From a virus (lineage: Duplodnaviria > Caudoviricetes), in the IMG/VR virus record IMGVR_UViG_3300033148_004933, positions 1-38,782 of that record: a DNA stretch of 38,782 nucleotides; one strand, written 5' to 3'. Under the pieces are notes generated by a model, which was not told the DNA's origin, made no database searches, and was given only the letters and a program-made list of their open reading frames with translations. A program made the translations under genes and the position numbers. This document shows positions 26,128 through 33,822 of this stretch, piece after piece (the stretch's first letter is position 1; every line of letters begins with the position of its first letter).

Positions 26128-27242
26128 TACATTATTTAAATATACAAATCCCAGATAGTTTTCAATTGCCAACAGAGCAATATCGTGGTAGAGGAAAACA
26201 TTGTTTTGTTGTTAGGGCAACAGACGAAGTTAGAGAAAAATTTGGATTATTGCATAAGAAACTTTTGTTAAAAGTTTTTCATCTTGACCCAATAGATGAA
26301 GGGACAGATATAAGTAAAATAAAATGGGGCGATGATCCTAAAGGAGATAACCCTAGATTGAATACAACAATAATGGAAGCTACAAAGATTCAGAATATTT
26401 GTCATTTTGAATATGTAGCGCCTAAAGTTCATGCTTTATTAACTGTAATATTTAGAGAGAAATTATATTTAGCACAACTTATTGATGATCTTGGAGCAGA
26501 TTTTAAAGAACATCATACCGATTCATACGCTGTTTATGAGAGAATTAAGGAGCTTGGCGCAAAATACGGATTTACTAATCAAAAAGATGATGTTTCAAAG
26601 TGGGATGTCTTGCAGGATAAGCTTATAGATTTTCAAACATTCTGGTTTACAGAAGAACATAAAAAGAAAATTGTACAGATTTATAAAGATAAAACTAAAT
26701 GGGGCAAGATATATTATCATGAGTGTCCGGCATTAGAGTTAACTGGTGGGCCTAGAAATATGGCTAAGAGAGTAATAGAAATGGGATTAGATAAGGTTGA
26801 TTTTAAAGATAAGACAGTTTTGGATATAGGGTGCAGTGGAGGTATATTTATTAATTATGCGTTGGACAGAGGGGCTAAGAGGGCTGTTGGTCTTGATTTT
26901 AAAGAGTGTGTTCAGGGTGCTAGATTAGCTTCAAATGAATCAGAACATTTTAATGCTGAATATTATGGTATTGATCTTCTGAAAACGAATACAAAATATT
27001 TGCAGGGATTAATGAATATTGACAAGTTTGATATAGTGTTGTATTTTTCAATGTTTAGGCATGTTCATTTTCCAGACTTTGTCTGGGAGCTTTGTGGAGA
27101 TATGGCTATTATTGAATGGAATAATTGGAAAAGCGAAGAAGAAATAAAAGGATTAGTTGGTAAGCAATTTAATATTAATAAAGAAGGCAGAACAACAGAT
27201 CATGGCACAGGTAAACCGTTCTGGTTCTGTAAACCAAAATGA
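26124..27242 (+). CDS. Kinase-like domain fused to a SAM-dependent methyltransferase
   Basis: N-half GRGKHCFV, LLKVF, EATKIQN, DDVSKWDV, KLIDF; C-half KTVLDIGCSGG, FDIVLYFSM. Confidence 0.7.
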   Translation: MIHYLNIQIPDSFQLPTEQYRGRGKHCFVVRATDEVREKFGLLHKKLLLKVFHLDPIDEGTDISKIKWGDDPKGDNPRLNTTIMEATKIQNICHFEYVAPKVHALLTVIFREKLYLAQLIDDLGADFKEHHTDSYAVYERIKELGAKYGFTNQKDDVSKWDVLQDKLIDFQTFWFTEEHKKKIVQIYKDKTKWGKIYYHECPALELTGGPRNMAKRVIEMGLDKVDFKDKTVLDIGCSGGIFINYALDRGAKRAVGLDFKECVQGARLASNESEHFNAEYYGIDLLKTNTKYLQGLMNIDKFDIVLYFSMFRHVHFPDFVWELCGDMAIIEWNNWKSEEEIKGLVGKQFNINKEGRTTDHGTGKPFWFCKPK

Positions 27243-27826
27243 GATATAACAAATACGAAAAACAGGGTGCATGCCATTGGAAAGAATATGCAAGGGGAAG
27301 AAATTATAAGGAGATAGTTGACTCAAGTTTGATTCCTTTTCTAAAGAGAGATTTAAAAAAAGGAACTGTTGTTGATATTGGATGTGGAGATGGGTTGCCT
27401 ACATGTAAGCTTGCCGGTCTGGGGTTTATAACAATAGGTGTTGATGTTTCAGAGCTGGGAATAAAATATGCTAGACATCATTGTAATAAAGAAGTTGAAT
27501 GGGTACCAGAAGATGTGATTGATTTCTTAGGAGATTGTATTGTTGACAATAGAACATTTGATTATTTATATTCCTTGAATACTATTGAGCATTTAGAAGA
27601 TGCAAAAGTATTAGTTGAACTTTGCAAGAGAATAAAAAACTTTTCTATAATAGTTACTGATGATAAAGATACTTGTAAAAAGGATAATCCATTCCACGTT
27701 AAAGAATTAAATAGAGACGACTTTAAGGAATTATTTTATGAGTTTAATTTAGAAGAAATACAAATTAATCATCCAAAGTTTTTTGGATATAAAATAAAAT
27801 ATGAAAAATGTACTTCAAATAATTGA
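27239..27826 (+). CDS. Class I SAM-dependent methyltransferase
   Basis: VVDIGCGDG, GVDVS, TIEHL, FHVKE. Confidence 0.85.
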   Translation: MRYNKYEKQGACHWKEYARGRNYKEIVDSSLIPFLKRDLKKGTVVDIGCGDGLPTCKLAGLGFITIGVDVSELGIKYARHHCNKEVEWVPEDVIDFLGDCIVDNRTFDYLYSLNTIEHLEDAKVLVELCKRIKNFSIIVTDDKDTCKKDNPFHVKELNRDDFKELFYEFNLEEIQINHPKFFGYKIKYEKCTSNN

Positions 27827-29381
27827 TACGCCCAATTGGGCAATTAATAAATTAGCAAGCGCTATCGTTAAATATAATCCTAAATATAATTTTGAAACTA
27901 TCTTTGTCCATCCAAAGGATTTGGAACAAGGACATGTTGATTTGGCAGATATAAAGGAATCAATAGAAAGAGCCGATATTATAGATGCTCAATATTGGAG
28001 GACTTGTTCTCAGTTGCTTGAAAAAATACCAGAGATGAAAGAAAAGAAAATTATATTGACTCATCATAATGAGAAGAATCTGTTATCTGCAGACTGGACT
28101 GATATAGATTTGCATATAGCAAAGACAAAATATTCCTTTGATATATTAAACGCAAAATATGAAGGAAAGGTGAGGCTTATTTATAATAGTTTTGATCATG
28201 AGACATTTAAATTTAACGATGATTATCCGCCTTCTGATAAAAGAGTTGGTTATGTGGGAAGGACATCACCTTGGAAAGGATTAAAAGAAATAGCGCAAGC
28301 TTGTGCTGAGTTGGGATATGAATTGCTATTTATGGGTAAAATGGATAAACCTAGTTATTTTAATTCAATCCCTCAAGAGCATAGAGATATTATAGATTGG
28401 AATTATTTAGATTGTCCTGATGAAGAAAGGCCTAATGCATATAAAGATATGACAATTTATGTAGGTAATTCGGGTCCGGGCAGAGAGGTTGGAACATTGG
28501 GAGTGATTGAGGCTATGGCTTGTGGTATTCCAGTAGTTACTACACGAGCAGGAATAATGAATGATATAGGAAAGCATGAAAAGAATTGTTTGATTGCGGA
28601 CTTTAATGATTACGAATCATTGAAAGAAAATATATCAAGATTGATGCAATCAGCTTCATTGAGAAGTAAGTTAAGAAAAAATGCTTGGAATACAATTAAG
28701 AATTATAATAATGAAAGAATGGCAAAGGAATATTCAAGGGCTTTTAATGAGATTTTATTTAATAAGAAGCCACTTGTTTCAGTTATAATTCCGGCTACAA
28801 AAGAAAGAGAAGAATGTGTTAGTAAAATATTATTAATATTAGAGGAAAGCACTTATAAAAATATAGAGGCTATTGTAATTTGGGATGAGTTGGATGATGT
28901 AGAGATTGGTGTATTAGGAACAGATAAGTTGTCTTATCCGATTAATCAATTGAATACAAATAAGCTAGGTTATAATTTGGCTATGGCAAGGAATTTAGGA
29001 ATTATAGAAGCTGAAGGAGAATATTTAATGTTTTGTGATAGTAGATTATTGCCTGATAAGGATAGTATAACTAATTTTATTATGCCAATGGCAGCAAAAA
29101 CTTGGCTTTTTGGAAATAAGAATAATGATAAAAAAACATTTATTGAGAACTTTTCATTTATATCTAAAGAAAATATTGTTAGCGCTGGAATGTTTAATGA
29201 AAGAATAAATGAATATGGCGGTATGTCACAGGAGTTAAGAGAAAGATTTGGTGATCAGGGATTTGAATTTAAATTTATAGAAGAAGCAAAATGCAGTGAA
29301 TTAAAGACAAGTAAAACAAGGTCTGATCGCCGTCAACAAATTATAAGAATGAAAAACTTATTATGGAAGCTTCGTAATTGA
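27801..29381 (+). CDS. Bifunctional glycosyltransferase (GT4-like + GT2-like)
   Basis: GYVGR..WKG, EVGTLGVIEAMACGIPVV; then PLVSVIIP, ARNLGI, LMFCDS, YGGM. Confidence 0.9.
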   Translation: MKNVLQIIDTPNWAINKLASAIVKYNPKYNFETIFVHPKDLEQGHVDLADIKESIERADIIDAQYWRTCSQLLEKIPEMKEKKIILTHHNEKNLLSADWTDIDLHIAKTKYSFDILNAKYEGKVRLIYNSFDHETFKFNDDYPPSDKRVGYVGRTSPWKGLKEIAQACAELGYELLFMGKMDKPSYFNSIPQEHRDIIDWNYLDCPDEERPNAYKDMTIYVGNSGPGREVGTLGVIEAMACGIPVVTTRAGIMNDIGKHEKNCLIADFNDYESLKENISRLMQSASLRSKLRKNAWNTIKNYNNERMAKEYSRAFNEILFNKKPLVSVIIPATKEREECVSKILLILEESTYKNIEAIVIWDELDDVEIGVLGTDKLSYPINQLNTNKLGYNLAMARNLGIIEAEGEYLMFCDSRLLPDKDSITNFIMPMAAKTWLFGNKNNDKKTFIENFSFISKENIVSAGMFNERINEYGGMSQELRERFGDQGFEFKFIEEAKCSELKTSKTRSDRRQQIIRMKNLLWKLRN

Positions 29382-29406
29382 TAAGCACATCAATATGAGG
29401 TATAAT
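29378..29406 (+). promoter_or_regulatory. Sigma70-type promoter of the HNH gene
   Basis: TTGATA (29378) -N17- TATAAT (29401); ATG 7 nt downstream at 29414. Confidence 0.65.
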
Positions 29407-29413
29407 GGAAGTA

Positions 29414-29917
29414 ATGGAAAGAATAAAAAGAATAAAAACTTGTATTGGTTGTGGTGATAATTTTCAATTTTATGCTTTTAATATAGAGTATAAAAGGAGA
29501 AAGTATTGCACACGAATATGTGCTAATAAACAAACTGCAAATGCAAATAGTATTTCAAAAATGGGTGAGAAAAATCCAATGTATGGAAAGCATCCTTGGA
29601 ATTATAAAAAATATGGCGTTCAGAAAGGAAGGCGTGGAAAAGATAATCATTTCTGGAAAGGTGGGAAAACTGATACCACGCATAGAGCAAGACAGAGCGG
29701 TGTTTGGAAAAAATGGAGATTGGCTGTTTATGAAAGAGATAATTATACTTGTCAAATATGCAAAGTTAAAGGTGATGAACTTATACCACATCATATTAAA
29801 TTGTATCGTTTTTATCCAAGAGATAGATATAAAGTCGGCAATGGAGTTACTTTATGCAGGAAACATCATAGAGGACTTCATAATAAAAATGTTGGTAAAA
29901 AAATTATAAAAATATGA
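29414..29917 (+). CDS. HNH homing endonuclease (likely start 29414)
   Basis: KYCTRIC, GEKNPMYGK, NHFWKGG, WRLAVYERDNYTCQIC, HHIK, NGVTLCRKHH. Confidence 0.9.
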   Translation: MERIKRIKTCIGCGDNFQFYAFNIEYKRRKYCTRICANKQTANANSISKMGEKNPMYGKHPWNYKKYGVQKGRRGKDNHFWKGGKTDTTHRARQSGVWKKWRLAVYERDNYTCQICKVKGDELIPHHIKLYRFYPRDRYKVGNGVTLCRKHHRGLHNKNVGKKIIKI

Positions 29918-30940
29918 TTAATAAACAAAAAAACGCCACGGGATCCGAAGGCACACACGAAGAAAGAAAGATTCGTTGCTTAGGGTATCCGTGGCACTGA
30001 TCTCTTAGGACATCAGTATGAGTTATCAAAATTACCATTCGTTGAATGGTCTTGGTTAATGCAATATAAGAGGAAGTATTCTAAAAGGATAAGAAATGAT
30101 TTTATGACAAACTGGGTTCATTATTATGAAGAGGGTAAATATGATCTGGCTATTTTACATTTGGATCAGCAATGTGTTGATGAGGAATTACAAAGAAGAG
30201 GCAAGGCATCTTTGTATATGCAGATTAACGAAGTTATAAAAGATATTCCTAAAATTGTAATTCAGCATGGTACGCCTTATTATCCTGAGAAGTTTACTAA
30301 AGAATTTATGATACAGGAAATAAAGAAATTGATAGGAGATAATGTGATGGTTGTTAATTCAAGGACGGCTGTGAAACAATGGGGATTTGGTATTCCTATA
30401 ATACATGGATTAGATCCTGAAGAATGGTTTGATTTAACAAAAGAACCTAGAGTTGTCACTGTTATAAGCCCGGCCGGGCTTGATAAATATTATGATAGGA
30501 CATTTTTAAGGGCAGTTAGAGAAAGATTAGAAGAGCAGAGTATTGGGATGTGTCATATAACGGTAGATTTTAGGGCTTCTAATTGGGATGAGTATAGGAA
30601 GCTATTAGGATCTAGTTTAATATATTTTAATCCTACGAGAGAATCACCAATGCCTAGATCAAGAACAGAGGCGATGTTATCTGGCTGTTGTGTTATAACA
30701 ACACCACATCAAGATGCAGATACTTTTATTGAGCATGGGGTCAATGGACTTATTTGTAAAAGGAATCCAGATCATGTTATTAAGCTTATAAATTGGTGTA
30801 TGGATAATTATAAGGAAGCAATAAAAATCGGGCAGAAAGGAAAAGAGACAGCTAAAAAAGTATTTTCAATTGAAAGATATCAAGATGATTGGAAAAAATT
30901 AATGTTTAAAACCGTTGAAGATTATGGTAAGAAGAGTTAA
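29914..30940 (+). CDS. GT-B glycosyltransferase interrupted near its 5' end (recoded or pseudogene)
   Basis: 28-codon ORF 29914-30000 ends ..RCLGYPWH*; +1 frame from 30005 reads LGHQYELSKLP... into the 293-aa ORF with ESPMPRSRTEAMLSGC and FIEHGVNG. Confidence 0.75.
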
Positions 30941-31088
30941 ATCATTAAGAAGAAAAATAGGATATTCTCATAGAGAGCATAGATCAAAGAAAGGAAGAAA
31001 AAGAATAAAAAGCTTTGCTGATTATAAAAGAAATAAAGATTATAAATTAAGAAAGCAAAAATTAAAACTAAAGGATAAATTAATATAA
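30924..31088 (+). CDS. Very basic small protein (54 aa)
   Basis: MVRRVKSLRRKIGYSHREHRSKKGRKRIKSFADYKRNKDYKLRKQKLKLKDKLI; fills the gap exactly; not in the ORF track. Confidence 0.55.
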   Translation: MVRRVKSLRRKIGYSHREHRSKKGRKRIKSFADYKRNKDYKLRKQKLKLKDKLI

Positions 31089-31090
31089 TT

Positions 31091-31966
31091 ATGAAGAAAC
31101 AAAAGACTGCCTTTCTTAGCTTTGAACAATATCATGGCAAAAAGAATATAGGATCATCAAAGATTCGTTGTCATTGGCTTATAGAAAACTGGCTTAAAGA
31201 AGGCAAGGATATTGGCAATGTAGAGGTTTTTAAGATCGGGAAGAAATATGATTGTATTATATTTCAGAAAGCATATTGGATTGAATATGCAAAGGTGTTT
31301 AAAGGAATAAAGATTTTAGATTTATGTGACCCTGATTGGTTGAGCTGGCCTTATGAGATGATATCTATGATTAATGAAGTTGATGGAATAACAACATCAA
31401 CAGAAGCGCTTGCTGATTCAATAGCTAAGTTTACAGATAAGCCTGTATGGCACTTGCCTGATAGGGTTAATCTTGATTTAATAAAACCGATAAAGAAACA
31501 TAAAGGCAATGCTAAAACTGTTGTTTGGTATGGATATCCTCAAAACTTTGAGATGCTTCAATCGGCTATTAATGCTATAAAGAAAGAGAAGCTTAATCTT
31601 ATTGTTATATCAAGCAAGCCGTTCTCAATGGCTGGTTGGCCTGAAGATATTGAATTGACTAATTTCTTTTATAATGAGGAGCATGTATATCAGGATATAG
31701 CAAAGGCGGATATAGTGATAAATCCAATATCAGATTTGGCTCATTGGAAATATAAATCTAATAATAAGACTGTTATAGCTTGGGCTTTGGGAATGCCTGT
31801 TGCGGTTAATGATCAAGAGTTAAAGAAATTTATCCCGGAGGAAGCAAGGATACAAGAGGTTAGTAAAAGATTAAAGGAGGTTAAAGAGAAATATGATGTT
31901 AAGTTATCAGTAAAAGAATTAAAAAACATAATCATATATTTGTCAAACAAGAAAAAGCAAATATAA
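31091..31966 (+). CDS. Glycosyltransferase-like protein (GT-B)
   Basis: GSSKIR, IIFQK, ILDLCD, VWYGY, YKSNNK..AWALGMPV. Confidence 0.7.
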   Translation: MKKQKTAFLSFEQYHGKKNIGSSKIRCHWLIENWLKEGKDIGNVEVFKIGKKYDCIIFQKAYWIEYAKVFKGIKILDLCDPDWLSWPYEMISMINEVDGITTSTEALADSIAKFTDKPVWHLPDRVNLDLIKPIKKHKGNAKTVVWYGYPQNFEMLQSAINAIKKEKLNLIVISSKPFSMAGWPEDIELTNFFYNEEHVYQDIAKADIVINPISDLAHWKYKSNNKTVIAWALGMPVAVNDQELKKFIPEEARIQEVSKRLKEVKEKYDVKLSVKELKNIIIYLSNKKKQI

Positions 31967-31970
31967 ACAA

Positions 31971-32399
31971 ATGGGGACAAATAAAAGACTTATAGGATTG
32001 CAAGACCTAAAAGCAATAGAAATGAAATTTAAAGGAGTTCCTTTAAAAAAGATAGCAAAAGAAACGGGTATTGCATATATAACTGTTCGTCAATGGTTCA
32101 TGACTGGCGGTAGACTTCATGAGGAATATAAAGAATACTGTAATAAACAGGAAGAGATTTTATTAAGCGAGGCTAAAAAACTTTTTAAGAAAAATATTAA
32201 AAATGCTTCTATTGCTCTTATAAGATTATTGAAATCAAATGATCAAAAAATTGTAATCGCTGCGGCTAAAGAAATAATAAACAGGGAACTTGGCGAGCCA
32301 TTGAAAAGAGTTACTGATGAGACTGATGATACTGTCATGAAGATATTAAAAGAGGCAGGAGTTATAAAAGAAGAAAAAGATGACGGAGGAAAAGTTTAA
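31971..32399 (+). CDS. terS: Terminase small subunit (HTH)
   Basis: HTH LKKIAKETGIAYITVRQW; AAKEIINR; directly upstream of the large subunit. Confidence 0.7.
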   Translation: MGTNKRLIGLQDLKAIEMKFKGVPLKKIAKETGIAYITVRQWFMTGGRLHEEYKEYCNKQEEILLSEAKKLFKKNIKNASIALIRLLKSNDQKIVIAAAKEIINRELGEPLKRVTDETDDTVMKILKEAGVIKEEKDDGGKV

Positions 32400-33822
32400 A
32401 AAAATATTAAAGATATTCTATGCATTTCAGAAAACAAATCACGGAATAACTTATTATCCATTTCAAAAGGAAATAATTGAAAGAGTATTGAGGACAGTAT
32501 TGTTTAGGACAGGCGAAGATATCTATTTTGAAATAAGCCGTCAAGCCGGCAAGACAGAGGCTTTAGTTGGAGTGGTAGAATTCTTAATGATCTTTTATCC
32601 TAGCTTGATGGGTGATATAATAAGAATAGGAATATTTGCGCCACAGAAAGAACAGACCAAAACGGATTTTGATAGATTAAAAGATAAGTTAGAGAGAGGC
32701 AAGCTACAAGGATTTAAAAGTATAGTAGATCCTAATGAATCAAATGCAGTAACTTTACAATTAGCAAATGGATCATATTGTTATACGTTTCCATTGACAA
32801 TAACATCAAAGGTAGAATCAAAAACATTGGATTTGATTATTTATGAAGAGGCGAATAGTATTGATGATATTCAGAAAAAAAAGAAGTCCGATCCTATGGG
32901 AACTAATACAAATGCGCCTAGAATAGCAGTTGGAGTGTCTGGGACAGCTATAAACTTTTTCTATAAGGCAATTCAAAGAGGAAAGAATGCTTATAGTTAT
33001 CCACACCCTATAATTGAAAAACAGAAAAGAGAAGCGTATAATAAAGATGGAGACGAATCACATCTTTATTATGAGAAATTTATAAAAAGCCAGATAGATT
33101 TGTACGGCGAAGATGATGATGCTTTTAGAACTCAGTATAAATTAGAATGGATTATAGGGATTGGGCAGTTTTTAACTAGAGATGATTTAGATAAAATAAA
33201 AGGAGATTTTGAAGTATATAATACGGATCATGAGGTTGTTGTTGGAATTGATACGGCCAAAAGTCCGGATAAAACTATTGTAACTGTAAAGGATATAGAA
33301 GATAAAAGAATATGCGGATGGCTTGAGATTGCAGGAGAAAACTACGAAGATCAATATTATATAATAGAAAAATGGCTTGCTAAAAGATATCCAAATGTTG
33401 TAAGAGTAGCAATTGATTCAACAGGTCAGGGAGATTTTATGCCTGATATGTTTGAAAACCATTCTGATTATGAGATATTGCCTGTAAAGTTTTCTTTACA
33501 AAGTAAAGATGTAATGTATAAGAATCTTTTAATTCAAGTTAGAAATCAAGGAACTAAATATCCTAAGACAGATTGTAAAGAAAGAGAACATTTTGAAATG
33601 CAATTACTGGATTTGCAGAAAGAATATAAAGGAGAGTATTTGTCTTGTCATCATCCTGATGATCCTAAAACACATGATGATTATCCTGATTCATGGGCAT
33701 TGGCAGAATTAGCACATAAAGATTTAATTGAAAATGGAGTTGATATAAATATTATCAATACTAAGGATAAAAAAAATTATGTTATAAATAAAGGTGAAGA
33801 ACCCATCATGGGTATAGTATAA
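32380..33822 (+). CDS. terL: Terminase large subunit
   Basis: Walker A SRQAGKT, Walker B IIYEEA, nuclease GIDTAK, AIDSTG, HDDYPDS. Confidence 0.92.
   Translation: MTEEKFKKILKIFYAFQKTNHGITYYPFQKEIIERVLRTVLFRTGEDIYFEISRQAGKTEALVGVVEFLMIFYPSLMGDIIRIGIFAPQKEQTKTDFDRLKDKLERGKLQGFKSIVDPNESNAVTLQLANGSYCYTFPLTITSKVESKTLDLIIYEEANSIDDIQKKKKSDPMGTNTNAPRIAVGVSGTAINFFYKAIQRGKNAYSYPHPIIEKQKREAYNKDGDESHLYYEKFIKSQIDLYGEDDDAFRTQYKLEWIIGIGQFLTRDDLDKIKGDFEVYNTDHEVVVGIDTAKSPDKTIVTVKDIEDKRICGWLEIAGENYEDQYYIIEKWLAKRYPNVVRVAIDSTGQGDFMPDMFENHSDYEILPVKFSLQSKDVMYKNLLIQVRNQGTKYPKTDCKEREHFEMQLLDLQKEYKGEYLSCHHPDDPKTHDDYPDSWALAELAHKDLIENGVDINIINTKDKKNYVINKGEEPIMGIV

Noticed and set aside
29998-30000. TGA reassigned to Gly or Trp (code 25/4) as the explanation for the GT interruption
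   Set aside because: Many genes end in TGA with ATGA overlaps, no other in-frame TGA is needed, and read-through stays in the wrong frame.
29382-30010. Group I intron carrying the HNH gene
   Set aside because: The upstream GT ends normally, the HNH has its own promoter, and there is too little flanking sequence for a ribozyme core.
18309-31966. 5mC/TET/glycosyltransferase DNA hypermodification pathway
   Set aside because: No TET/JBP dioxygenase or hydroxymethylase recognised, so not supported, though not fully excluded.
18881-33005. Isolated DnaA boxes at 18881 and 32997
   Set aside because: Single copies inside coding sequence, compatible with chance.
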